Positions 47,792 to 58,462 of a stretch of DNA of 64,000 nucleotides are shown in pieces. Source of the DNA: a virus; IMG/VR virus record IMGVR_UViG_3300018080_005856, positions 86,488-150,487 of that record, one strand, 5' to 3'. A model generated the notes under the pieces. It was not told the origin of the DNA, made no database searches, and was given only the letters and a program-made list of their open reading frames with translations. Both the position numbers and the translations under genes were made by a program. Every line of letters begins with the position of its first letter. The first letter of the stretch is position 1.

Positions 47792-48584
47792 CAACTATGT
47801 AAATATAGACGGTGATATTGATCAGGTTACTCCATGGTATCTAGAACCATATGAACAATATGGTGATGATATTTCGTATAGAAGCGAATACCATAAGGGA
47901 TATACTACTGTGGAGAAAGAGATACCTACTGTAAGCGGTGCTGTAATGAGTGACTCAGAGTACTGGGAATCAGCTCCATACTTGCAGTCAAAACTATCCA
48001 CACACAACGTGTTCTGCACTTCCGTTGATCATTATTCCGGGTCTTTGGAGGCATTCATAAATGGTATAAAGGTAGATGATGCCCATGTTACAGACCTTGG
48101 AGACGCAAGCTTCTCTATATCACCGGATGCTGGGAATGGTTTTCTATATGTTTCATATGTACCTACGCCGGACAATTGTATGGGAGATAATTCTAGTGCA
48201 TTGTCTTCCTCCAAGGTGGAAAGCGAATACCACGGAGGGACTGTAAGAATAGCAGATATAGTAAGATGTAGACAGGCTATAAATGCACTTCAGATATACT
48301 CGGAATATCCTTTGACAAACTGGATAGGAGGGGTAGGTAATAACATAAAGTCAAGGGCGACAAATATCGTTAAGGGTAGAACCGGCATATATTCTGAGCA
48401 TATTATAGAAATGCAAAATGCGCTTACTGAGTTGGCGGATCATCTCGATGGGTTGTCTACAACTGATATAACCTCTGCTACGTTTACAGACGTAGTAGAG
48501 AGTGACAATTACAGTGTACAATGGATAGAAGAGATAAGGGCAGATATAAACCGTCTAGAGTTGTATCTGATAGGCATATTATAG
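47781..48584 (+). CDS. Virion structural protein
   Basis: Operon-coupled acidic protein. Start moved to ATG 47781 on SD spacing. Confidence 0.5.
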   Translation: MSYSNYVNIDGDIDQVTPWYLEPYEQYGDDISYRSEYHKGYTTVEKEIPTVSGAVMSDSEYWESAPYLQSKLSTHNVFCTSVDHYSGSLEAFINGIKVDDAHVTDLGDASFSISPDAGNGFLYVSYVPTPDNCMGDNSSALSSSKVESEYHGGTVRIADIVRCRQAINALQIYSEYPLTNWIGGVGNNIKSRATNIVKGRTGIYSEHIIEMQNALTELADHLDGLSTTDITSATFTDVVESDNYSVQWIEEIRADINRLELYLIGIL

Positions 48585-48593
48585 GAGACACTG

Positions 48594-50555
48594 ATGGAAT
48601 TCAGGCTAAAACGAGCAGCTACCCCGTATGATATACCCCTAGCGTATATCTCTATGGTAGAGGTAAGCGCTAACAGTGTTATTCAAATACAGGACTTTTC
48701 TTCCTACTTAGATGGAAACGCGTCCGCCGCATTCAGAAGTATAAATACCTATCCTACAACTGGCAACAGGTTACTTACTGGGAACTATTTTGGGAAGATA
48801 CTACTCACTGATGAATACTACTATGATAACGAAACTGGAAGTGAGATTGCCCTATGGTTTGCTCATCATCTAAAGACTCCATATTATAGCCCAAACGCTA
48901 TGGCACGTACATCTACAAAGATTGTACGCACAGATAAAGTCCTGACTGACCGTATAGTTACAGGGTTAATACCGTCTTCCGGAAACTATGTGATAGCAAC
49001 AGGGAGTGTTAAAGTATACAAGAAGAATACAAGTCTTTCCTCCTACGAGGAACTGGACCGAGACAGTTTCTATATGAACTATTCCATCGGGAGTCTTATA
49101 GTAGCTGAGGACGCTATGTACCACCTATCTGTACCAATACACTCTTTCAAGATAGAGTACATAATAGTACCTGTAGATATTATTGTTACAAGCCAATTGG
49201 GGGCACCTTATAGAATAGAACTCATCCAGATAAACCCTATGAGCTTGGAATATTTCAGTGCTAGTATACTCACAGTGGTGGATGAACAGTTATATGTCCA
49301 GTATAGAAGCAGACTGAATACCGGTTCTATAGGAGAGTCCAGGGAATATACCACGGCTGTTCCTATATTTGACGAGGTGGAAGAATCAGTCAGAAGCGAG
49401 ATAACCTCTGATAGCACTTTTGATATTGATGCCAGAAGAGTATATAGTCTTGTGGACAATAGCATATATGTTACAGATGGTAACACTGACCATGAATTTA
49501 CATACAAGCCTAAATATATCACTTCTACTCGTGTGAATGTGAAGAAACCCTACGTTGGAGACTTCACATCGGAATGGCAACTAAGAATATCAGCCGGAGA
49601 CGTTTCCAACAGTGATGGAGAATATTCAGTTTCTCCCTCTGGCACCGAGATAACTGTAAAGGAGCCAGCAAGGATTATAGATAAGAATACGATTGCTGTT
49701 TCAGGTACAGACCTAGCAGTTATGTTAAAAGCAGATGGGTCATGGAGTGGGATCTACGCGACAAAGAGATCTAACGGTTTAGAGCTAGACATAGAAGCAG
49801 TAGATGCTAAACATGGCGTATTGATAATATCCCAGGATGTTTCCAGGAAAGAGATAATAGATGTTGAGTATTCTATGCATACTAATGATCTCATACTTAA
49901 GACTCCATGTGTAAGCCCTATGCCACATCATTCAGGAACACATAGTGAGATGGAGAATAAAGCCGCTATATTATTCGTTATAGATAGTCGGAGGACCCCT
50001 CCAGAACGGCCAAACTCTATATATATAAAGTATATAAATAAGTTGTCTGGCAATAGGCCTGTTACATTTACTTATGCTATGCTAGACCAATGGTACAATA
50101 GTGATTCCCAAGTGGTGAGGAACGCCTATAGAAGTGACATGGGTCTTCCCTCGGACTATACGGGATCAGAACTTATAAGAATAGAGCCTTTAGCCATAGT
50201 CCAAACAGTAAATCCTCTTGACAGCGACGCATATGAAATAGGAGATATGAGGGTATTGGGAGGGGGTTATAGTGAAAGACAATACTCTTTTCATGATTAT
50301 TCTCTCTACGATGGTGAGAATACAGACATGGAAAGTTCTCTGGTTATAGAAATACCACAGTGGGTTAAGGATGACTTGAAAGCCAGGGCCAAACTATGGG
50401 ATATTGATGTATTAAAGAGCGATGCTGAAAGTCAAGATACCCATGCCGAGGCTCGCGCTATGGAGATTATTAGAGAGAAAGTAAAGAAGTATTCTATGCT
50501 GGGTACTACACAGGAGATAGTTATTGGAACAAAGACGATTACAGATAACTCGTAG
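48594..50555 (+). CDS. Baseplate/virion structural protein
   Basis: 653 aa, SD AGGAG, with C-terminal DMRVLGGG...YDGE motif. Confidence 0.5.
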   Translation: MEFRLKRAATPYDIPLAYISMVEVSANSVIQIQDFSSYLDGNASAAFRSINTYPTTGNRLLTGNYFGKILLTDEYYYDNETGSEIALWFAHHLKTPYYSPNAMARTSTKIVRTDKVLTDRIVTGLIPSSGNYVIATGSVKVYKKNTSLSSYEELDRDSFYMNYSIGSLIVAEDAMYHLSVPIHSFKIEYIIVPVDIIVTSQLGAPYRIELIQINPMSLEYFSASILTVVDEQLYVQYRSRLNTGSIGESREYTTAVPIFDEVEESVRSEITSDSTFDIDARRVYSLVDNSIYVTDGNTDHEFTYKPKYITSTRVNVKKPYVGDFTSEWQLRISAGDVSNSDGEYSVSPSGTEITVKEPARIIDKNTIAVSGTDLAVMLKADGSWSGIYATKRSNGLELDIEAVDAKHGVLIISQDVSRKEIIDVEYSMHTNDLILKTPCVSPMPHHSGTHSEMENKAAILFVIDSRRTPPERPNSIYIKYINKLSGNRPVTFTYAMLDQWYNSDSQVVRNAYRSDMGLPSDYTGSELIRIEPLAIVQTVNPLDSDAYEIGDMRVLGGGYSERQYSFHDYSLYDGENTDMESSLVIEIPQWVKDDLKARAKLWDIDVLKSDAESQDTHAEARAMEIIREKVKKYSMLGTTQEIVIGTKTITDNS

Positions 50556-53238
50556 AACCAGTAATGCTGCGAGAGAAATAATAGCTGATCTTATTAAGAA
50601 GGCTGTTGTCAATATACGTGGGGAATACCCGGATGAGATATTGAAAATAGTCAACAATTTCAGTTTTGATAAGAGCCATATCCCAGAGGGTGGGTTAAAT
50701 ATAGAATGTCTTTTCAGGGACAGGAACATAAATAATCTGCTGGAGCTCATATACATAGACCTATTAATACAATACAGGGATATATTTGACGCTCAGGACC
50801 ATCTTAGGAATATAAAGAGGTCATTTGAAGCTTCAATCAACACTAATGTTATAAAAGCAGCAGAGATAATGTCCAGGGCAGGTGAGTACAGAGAACTATC
50901 CCTGCGAAGATTTGAGTATACAGATATTCTTCACGAAAGTTTCAATAGTGCAAGAAACATGACACTCTCCGATTATCCTCTGGTTGTAAATAACGGTTCT
51001 GGTATTCTGAAACTGCAGGGGACTATAGAAGAATATGCTAAGCCAGCAACCTCTGATGTGTTTTTGAATGTCCAGTCCAATGATGTTCTTACTATAGATG
51101 AGTCCAGTAGTAGCTCGGCTTACAAAGACGACATGACTGATCCATATTTTATAACGATGGCAGCTACTGACTTTCCAGACAATGATATAACCAGGGAATA
51201 TGACTTTACATCATATGATGGAGTTATAGTAGACTTGGTAATAAGGTTCAACACAACACAGCCTGTAACCCGGGTTAGCTTCGTTCCGTTCTCAAATAAG
51301 AGCGTAGATATACCACAGGTGTACTATTCAAACGTCGTAAATGCTGACTGGGATTCTGGTGATTTCAAATACATTAAAGACATAGACATAGCCTATGATA
51401 CTAATACAGTTGAGATCAATTTCGAACGAGTATATGCCAGAGAAGTACATGTTATTATACACCAAGAGGCTTATAACTTGGCCAGATCAGATGTAGAGAT
51501 AGAAGAGACTCTGTCTGCTAGCGATTACGTGACTACTGTGGCAGATAACATGAAAGATATTCTCCCTGGTGGATTCCTTGAACCGATCAATCTGAACATG
51601 CAGATGACAGAACTAGTTAATGATGTGAGGGATAAGGCCTCCGTAGAAACTACCAAGCTTGCTCCCAACACCAAGGTGTACTCTGTAGGACTATGCAGTC
51701 TAGAGGTTTCAAACGTTTCATACTCGCATTTTGGGGAATATCTAGACTCTCCTCGGAAGTTAAACGGTAACCTTCATTCAATGAGCTATGTTCAGACTGA
51801 TAATATGGAAGAGATGGAAGAGCTGACTACGTCCGGGATCATAGATATGTGTACCCTTATGTTCGTAAACGCAGGGGAGAATTCTATATATATGGGGGAA
51901 ACCACTGACGATGGTAAAGCAATCGATGGAGCAGTTATAGAACCAAATCTAGAGTATAGTGAGGGAACAACAGTCAGAAGTACCACTGTTCCTTATAAAT
52001 TGACAACACATTTCTTACCAACAGATGAATTCACAGGATTCAGAATGTTTGCTGATGGTGAGGAACTCACCTTACCAGGCACAGAGGAGAAAGAAGTTAG
52101 TGATTATAATGCTACCATAAGCTTCCCTGCTTCTTTCGCTGAGGAGAACAATCTTCTAGAGGGAACTATAGTTACAATGGTGTATAATACCCCCTCTTAC
52201 GATTACTTCGGGAACAGTTACTCTGTGGGGTCAGCGAACATGGAGAACAGAATAGGAAAGCCAAACATTGCTGTCAACTCGGCCTCAAATATAGATGATA
52301 ACTTTCTATATGTTCCACTATCTGCCTCTGGAGCTATAAGCTATGCTGAAGATGAGTATACCAAGGTAATGATCAGTGGTGAGATATTCTACCAAACCAG
52401 TGAGGATAAAGGACTGGAGATTGACGGGGAAACCATACTAAGCAACGGATCATCTTATTACATACACAACTCTGCGGCCGGCGGGCCATTTAGCAGCTTT
52501 TACTATGGATCACTGAGAGAAGTGCCGGAGGTTACATTATCAGGAGAGACGAATGAATTCGTCACAGAAGTACCATACATGAAAGGCACCCTGACAGTTT
52601 ACTCAGAAGGTAAATTGGTTACCTCAGTGACGGAATATGCTACTGATACAGTTGGAACCATAGTAGGAGACGAAGGCAAGAGAGAATTCTCTATACCCGG
52701 GACATATGATCCGTCTGGTATAACTGTTTGCTACGTACCGGTATACCCGGAAGCTACTACAGATTATATAGGCTCCAATATAGCCCAGTATAATGCCACA
52801 GAGAAGTTTACCAAAACTACAGACATGAAGATAAGCCTAGCTAACCACCCTCATATAGATAGTGACATAGTATCTTCAGATCTCTTTAACTTCTCTGATG
52901 GAGCGTTCTATCTAAAATGGAAGTACAGTGTAGTATATGAGCCTATTGCAGTATACATAAACGGTATTAAGGCAGTCAATATAACGAAATACCGAGAGGA
53001 TATTCTAGCTAAACCCTCTTTTGGAAAATCCTACAGGGAAGACGACTACCAATTCTACGTAGAGAATGGTAACACGTTGGTGTTTAATAAGGATATAGCT
53101 GGTACAATTCTTGTATATTATTATAAGTTCATAGATACAATCCAAACTGGAATAGAAATGTATAGGTCTAATTATAACAGGGATGACCTGAGTCCCGAGA
53201 TATACAGCTATACTCTTCTGGAGAATATACAGGTATAA
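50524..53238 (+). CDS. Baseplate-associated structural protein (paralog family member 1)
   Basis: TTG start with SD AGGAG. Helical N-terminus, YSVGLCSLEVSNVSYSHFGEY and C-terminal SPEIYSY. Confidence 0.5.
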   Translation: MEQRRLQITRRTSNAAREIIADLIKKAVVNIRGEYPDEILKIVNNFSFDKSHIPEGGLNIECLFRDRNINNLLELIYIDLLIQYRDIFDAQDHLRNIKRSFEASINTNVIKAAEIMSRAGEYRELSLRRFEYTDILHESFNSARNMTLSDYPLVVNNGSGILKLQGTIEEYAKPATSDVFLNVQSNDVLTIDESSSSSAYKDDMTDPYFITMAATDFPDNDITREYDFTSYDGVIVDLVIRFNTTQPVTRVSFVPFSNKSVDIPQVYYSNVVNADWDSGDFKYIKDIDIAYDTNTVEINFERVYAREVHVIIHQEAYNLARSDVEIEETLSASDYVTTVADNMKDILPGGFLEPINLNMQMTELVNDVRDKASVETTKLAPNTKVYSVGLCSLEVSNVSYSHFGEYLDSPRKLNGNLHSMSYVQTDNMEEMEELTTSGIIDMCTLMFVNAGENSIYMGETTDDGKAIDGAVIEPNLEYSEGTTVRSTTVPYKLTTHFLPTDEFTGFRMFADGEELTLPGTEEKEVSDYNATISFPASFAEENNLLEGTIVTMVYNTPSYDYFGNSYSVGSANMENRIGKPNIAVNSASNIDDNFLYVPLSASGAISYAEDEYTKVMISGEIFYQTSEDKGLEIDGETILSNGSSYYIHNSAAGGPFSSFYYGSLREVPEVTLSGETNEFVTEVPYMKGTLTVYSEGKLVTSVTEYATDTVGTIVGDEGKREFSIPGTYDPSGITVCYVPVYPEATTDYIGSNIAQYNATEKFTKTTDMKISLANHPHIDSDIVSSDLFNFSDGAFYLKWKYSVVYEPIAVYINGIKAVNITKYREDILAKPSFGKSYREDDYQFYVENGNTLVFNKDIAGTILVYYYKFIDTIQTGIEMYRSNYNRDDLSPEIYSYTLLENIQV

Positions 53239-53240
53239 CT

Positions 53241-55070
53241 ATGTCATTACTAACAAGGAAAGAGAAAGCTGATCTAACCCGGACTGAAGAATACGTTAGG
53301 GAACGGATAGAAAGAACCATAAAGGGAATAAGTACAGGTGACGTCACCTTCCTTGATGAGATATACTATCTCATAGATGCGAGGGTAGAAGGCCTTGATA
53401 ATATAGGAAATGTTGATGTACCATTTATAGATGATCAAACCCCAGTTGAAACATCATTATATAATACTCTCTCTGAGGACATCAGAGAACTTTCAGAGCT
53501 GAATATAGAGACCATCAAAGACGTCTTCGATGGTATGAATGATGTTTACAATGATATATACTCAGCAGGAGAAAGCATAACTAACAGCTTGTCTTCCTGT
53601 AGCGAACTACTGAGTAAAGTTGAAGGCAATCTCAAGAGAAAGATGAGCTTGGTTTCAGTCAAAGATGAGGTTACTGTTTTGGCCATGGATAATGCTATAA
53701 ATATAGGTAGCAGTTTTGTTCCATCTACATCGGAAGACTCTGAAACAAGTAACGCGATATCTGCAGAAGAAGCAGGGGCCATATATTCCGGACTAGGAGA
53801 TGCAACAGCTGAGGAAGTAGAAGAACAAGGCGAGAACAGTCTGATAGTGGATCAGAACGGTGGTTTTATAACTCTAGATAGCGATAGCATTGAAATAATA
53901 GATTACTCCATTGATGATATAACATTCAATATGCCAAAGGGGAAGATATCCAAACCAAGAAGCAATATAGTAGATGCTAAAACCTTTGACTTTGTGCAAA
54001 ATGGATATTTCAATAGCAGAATATTCTCAACGGATCCTGTATTTGAGAATCAGTATTCCTCTAGTACTAATGCTTTAACTGATGGAGACCTGGGTACAAC
54101 ATACCTAGCGGAATATAATTCTCTGAGTAGCAGAACTCCTCTTATTATGAACATGATGCTAGATGTAACTGATAACAATGGAAATCCCAGGAGAGTGGAC
54201 CATATACTAGTAGAACTTTCTCCTGGATATAGGACATCAATCCTATCTATGGATGTCAAAACACCAAAGCTATCAAAGTTATCAGTTGACCAAGTTGACG
54301 TTTCCTCTGAGGTTTTGGATAACAGTGTGTATATACAAGGGACAAGAGTAGGAAATACTAGAAACAGAGGATTCAAGACAGCAGTAGGGACTACTTACCC
54401 GGTTGGCTCTTATCTTATAAGCAAGCCTAACGTGCGCAACATATCTATAGGGATAACAGCAGATCTACCGGAAGATATATTCTACCCGGAGAAGGTTCTA
54501 AAGGGCCCAACTGGTAACATATTGAGAACAATGAACTATTTCGAAACCTTAATTCTTAATGGGTATGAGCCACCTACTGGGTGTCCCGATCCCCGGGACT
54601 TGTTCTCTATGTACCAGATATCTTCTCTTGAGGCAGAAGAGAATGCTGCATACGAAACATATGACCAATCCATTGGTCTATATAGATACTTTATAGAAAT
54701 TAGCGATATCACGCTATACTCAATTTCATATAAGACCAGCGGAAAGATTGTTATAGGGAACCTTAATCAGAATGTTGATAAGAAGGTAGCTAGTATAGAA
54801 CTATACACTAATGAAACAATACCAGAAGGAACAACGATAAGATACTATATAAGCAGTGACAAGGTACAGTGGTATGAGATAAAACCAGTAAACAGGGCAT
54901 CCAGTTCCGATCTACCAACTAGAATAGTATACACTAATATTTCCAGTAAAGATGGGGATCTGTTTGTTAACATAGATTCCTCTGGGGTGTATATGAAAAT
55001 AGAGATGACTGGAGATGGTACCGTTACACCTAAGATAAAGGCATATGCTGCCAGGATAAAGCTAGTATGA
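53241..55070 (+). CDS. Baseplate-associated structural protein (paralog family member 2)
   Basis: Helical N-terminus, YFIEISDITLYSISYKTSG, ETIPEGTTIRYYIS and C-terminal TPKIKAY. Confidence 0.5.
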   Translation: MSLLTRKEKADLTRTEEYVRERIERTIKGISTGDVTFLDEIYYLIDARVEGLDNIGNVDVPFIDDQTPVETSLYNTLSEDIRELSELNIETIKDVFDGMNDVYNDIYSAGESITNSLSSCSELLSKVEGNLKRKMSLVSVKDEVTVLAMDNAINIGSSFVPSTSEDSETSNAISAEEAGAIYSGLGDATAEEVEEQGENSLIVDQNGGFITLDSDSIEIIDYSIDDITFNMPKGKISKPRSNIVDAKTFDFVQNGYFNSRIFSTDPVFENQYSSSTNALTDGDLGTTYLAEYNSLSSRTPLIMNMMLDVTDNNGNPRRVDHILVELSPGYRTSILSMDVKTPKLSKLSVDQVDVSSEVLDNSVYIQGTRVGNTRNRGFKTAVGTTYPVGSYLISKPNVRNISIGITADLPEDIFYPEKVLKGPTGNILRTMNYFETLILNGYEPPTGCPDPRDLFSMYQISSLEAEENAAYETYDQSIGLYRYFIEISDITLYSISYKTSGKIVIGNLNQNVDKKVASIELYTNETIPEGTTIRYYISSDKVQWYEIKPVNRASSSDLPTRIVYTNISSKDGDLFVNIDSSGVYMKIEMTGDGTVTPKIKAYAARIKLV

Positions 55071-57667
55071 GAACCATAAGAGAAATACAGTTCGAGAAAG
55101 CCAAGGACCTATACAGGCGCCTGTTAACATTTAGGAATGAGAAACCTGATATGTTAACTCTGGAAAGACTACTAAGGGAAATAGTACTATCTACTCAGAG
55201 AACTCCTATGAGTGGTAAGTACCGTTTACCTAGCAATGATACAGTTGACACCAATTCTCTCAATGTAGAACTTGGTCTTATCAAAGCTGATGCTGAAACA
55301 ATATATACATTTCTGGATGAGATGCAAAAGCGCCTTCGTACGCTCCGCTACGTGGCTGATGTATGGAAACAGAACGCAAGGAACAAGGTAAACAGTGCTA
55401 TGTTAACATTAGCAAAGCTTACCTCTCCTGTTTACATCCAGGGGTTTACTGAAGAGCTAAACACCTCTGAGATAGTATCCCAGGCTGATACAGACCTGGT
55501 TATAGATGAAGATGGTGCTATTTGCTTACCGATGATCACAAACGAGTCAAAGCCTTACAAGCATTTGCCGTCCGATATATCTATAAGCAGGATAGGTACA
55601 AACCTAACGGCTACAGTTCTTGGTACCCCTACCAATATAGTGAATCGTGCGGAGCGTGGTTCTGTTGTGATGAATCTTTCCGGTAACATAATAACGGAAG
55701 CGGGGTTCAAGATAGAGATCAAGACCGATACCCAAGATGTAAACCTTATATACCTGCAGCTCGCTGATGTGAAGGCAGGAATAAAGGTAAAGGTCGAAGT
55801 GTCATCCAACTTAACTGATTTTACAACTGTTTATGATACTGTTACAACTAGGGAACGTATAGATATACCCATTGAAGAGATGGATATCAAGAAGATTATA
55901 GTTTCCCTAACTATGGATGCTCCAAACATAGTACTAACAGATAATGTACAGTATGAGTTTAAAGTAGAAAAGATCCTAATGATGAATGATAGAAGACATA
56001 TGAGCGGGACCTTTCAGAGCTCAGCAATATCTGTAGAGGACGACATTACTTCTATATCCCTGGTAACCGATGAAACTACTGTTGGCAATTGTACTATATC
56101 ATACTATATGACATCAGAGGTAGACACTAATGGTGACCCTATTGCTTTTACATATATGGACACTAAGGAAGAAGGGTCATTCCTATCTTTGAGGTCGGGG
56201 ACCTCAAAGACATACATAAACACTCCGGATGATTCACTCTTGTGGAAGCTCTCCATAATAAAGACTTTTGGTTCCCGGTTATACAACTTGCTCGAAATAA
56301 TGACAGAGGGAGAGGAAACAGAGGATTATACTATAGAGAATGGAGCAGTTACTATAACCGATGGAAATCTTATACAGGATTCTATAAAACTCTACCGAGG
56401 AGTTGGAGACTATGTTAAACTAGAGAAAGACATAGTATTGGAGAGACACGTAGACTGGGTAGCGGTACTCCCAGACCTATATGATGAAATAGAGTGGGTG
56501 AAAAGGGTCCCATTAAGGTTTGTTGCAAACGAGTTAATAGAAGTTATAGGCAATGCCAATGGATCCTATTACAACCAGTTCACAGTACCATACACTGTAT
56601 TAAACTACGAAGAGTTCCGGATAGTAAGAAGTGATGGAAAACAGGTAAACTCTTTGATAACAGACATATCGTTTGGGACTAGTACTACAACAATAACCCT
56701 AGCTGCCGCAACTGGTGCTACCATACTCGACCCAGCATATAAGTACCATGCTATGTATGCAGTATCTTTGAAAGAGTACTCAGAAGCTAACGATATGACT
56801 ATAACCCTGGATACAGATAGCTTTGAAATAACAGCAGCTGGTTTGCCTCTTAGCTATGAAGTTGACTACTACATAGATGAAGACGAGCTGGAAATAGAAC
56901 TATTGAAATCTGGTGTATACCAGGGGCAATATGGTGCTGACTACTCAGATATCGATAATCCCGTGAACCTTAGTGAGCATATTAACATGAAGTACACATT
57001 CACTGCGGTTATAGAAGCAGAAACATCATACTACGAAACCTATGTATATGTGAATTCCCCTACCGAAATTACAATTCTGCCATTCACCGCATCAGAGATA
57101 GCAGCTGGTAATTTCCATTCTATAAACGGAGAATATATAAGTGCTAGTCAATCCTATGTCCTGAAGAAGGGTTGGAATCAGATTGAGACCACACAGCCAT
57201 TTCCATCACTCAATGAGTATGATACTAATGAAATAACATCAGCGGAGAGCAGTGCAGGTATAGTAATACCCGAGGATCTGGAGATGAGGGCATACATGGA
57301 TAGTATGAGGCAAGTTCCCCCACATAGATTGGCTACCATGGATATAGAGGAAGGCTCAAAGTGCTTTGCCTATTCTGATGGGAGAATACTGGTAAACTTT
57401 GTGCCTTCTTTCCTTGATGAAGACTTTCTAGCTACAGAAACTACATCGGATATGAAAGGAGAGAAGTTTCTCAATAAGAAAGCTTCCTATGGTACAAGCT
57501 ATGAAAACCTAGGGTGGGTTTCGCTGCCAGAGAAGTTTGGTCTAGAGTTTGGATATACTGAGTCCGGAGATAACCAAGTGTTCATTAGGGCCACCATAGA
57601 GTGCGATGAACCCGGGGATTTTGGCAAAATACTAATGCTAGGTCTTAACAAATACAAGGAAATATAA
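55067..57667 (+). CDS. Baseplate-associated structural protein (paralog family member 3)
   Basis: Helical N-terminus, YEFKVEKI...SGTFQS and ETTVGNCTISYYMT. Confidence 0.5.
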   Translation: MRTIREIQFEKAKDLYRRLLTFRNEKPDMLTLERLLREIVLSTQRTPMSGKYRLPSNDTVDTNSLNVELGLIKADAETIYTFLDEMQKRLRTLRYVADVWKQNARNKVNSAMLTLAKLTSPVYIQGFTEELNTSEIVSQADTDLVIDEDGAICLPMITNESKPYKHLPSDISISRIGTNLTATVLGTPTNIVNRAERGSVVMNLSGNIITEAGFKIEIKTDTQDVNLIYLQLADVKAGIKVKVEVSSNLTDFTTVYDTVTTRERIDIPIEEMDIKKIIVSLTMDAPNIVLTDNVQYEFKVEKILMMNDRRHMSGTFQSSAISVEDDITSISLVTDETTVGNCTISYYMTSEVDTNGDPIAFTYMDTKEEGSFLSLRSGTSKTYINTPDDSLLWKLSIIKTFGSRLYNLLEIMTEGEETEDYTIENGAVTITDGNLIQDSIKLYRGVGDYVKLEKDIVLERHVDWVAVLPDLYDEIEWVKRVPLRFVANELIEVIGNANGSYYNQFTVPYTVLNYEEFRIVRSDGKQVNSLITDISFGTSTTTITLAAATGATILDPAYKYHAMYAVSLKEYSEANDMTITLDTDSFEITAAGLPLSYEVDYYIDEDELEIELLKSGVYQGQYGADYSDIDNPVNLSEHINMKYTFTAVIEAETSYYETYVYVNSPTEITILPFTASEIAAGNFHSINGEYISASQSYVLKKGWNQIETTQPFPSLNEYDTNEITSAESSAGIVIPEDLEMRAYMDSMRQVPPHRLATMDIEEGSKCFAYSDGRILVNFVPSFLDEDFLATETTSDMKGEKFLNKKASYGTSYENLGWVSLPEKFGLEFGYTESGDNQVFIRATIECDEPGDFGKILMLGLNKYKEI

Positions 57668-58458
57668 TGATAATACTAGAAGACATTGCTGTGGATTATA
57701 TAAACATACTTGGAGATCTATATCCTAGAATATCTATGATAGGTGGAGTAATACCTGGGTCATTCTACCCTGATGATTTCTTCTATTTGGAGAAGTTCGA
57801 GATTGATAGAAGTGATGCTATTAAAGTAGCTAACGCCGCTGCAGCTGAAGGAAGTCAGATAGTAATGTACTACGTTGGGGCACATATATTTATGTCATTA
57901 AGCCTGTTCAGCCTTGGAGGAGAAGACTTGGGTGTTTCTACATATTACGATATACAACCATCCATGGCTATAGGTGAAACAAGATTCATAGACTCCGACG
58001 CTGATATTGATACGTATATGTATATGTACAGAATCATATATAAGTCTGGATCAGATGTAGAGGCTAGCAGTTACGTATTGGCCGCCGAAGTTCCCTCTGG
58101 GATGGAAGCCGAGGAAGAATTAGCACTTCTTGCTGATGAATATGCTTCTGGGTTTTCTCTTGTTGAGCGCCCTGGGTCCCTATTCAGAATAGGTAAAACA
58201 CAGGAATCGTTGTACCGGGTAACTGGCAGTGGTATAATTGTCGAGAAGGGTACACCAATGGTTCATGCCACCCCCAGGTATCGTGGACCCATAGAACTTT
58301 CCAAGGAAAGAGCAAGACGGACAGCGATGATGGGGGCAAGAGAATACCTTGATAGTGTTAGCACCGAGATGGAGGAAAACATAGAAGAATTACTAGATTC
58401 TCTTACAACTACTGGAAACACTCTTGTACAAAATATGACCAGGTACTCCGAGGATTAA
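57667..58458 (+). CDS. Virion structural protein
   Basis: TAATG-coupled, with a C-terminal PRYRGP motif. Confidence 0.5.
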   Translation: MIILEDIAVDYINILGDLYPRISMIGGVIPGSFYPDDFFYLEKFEIDRSDAIKVANAAAAEGSQIVMYYVGAHIFMSLSLFSLGGEDLGVSTYYDIQPSMAIGETRFIDSDADIDTYMYMYRIIYKSGSDVEASSYVLAAEVPSGMEAEEELALLADEYASGFSLVERPGSLFRIGKTQESLYRVTGSGIIVEKGTPMVHATPRYRGPIELSKERARRTAMMGAREYLDSVSTEMEENIEELLDSLTTTGNTLVQNMTRYSED

Positions 58459-58462
58459 AGCT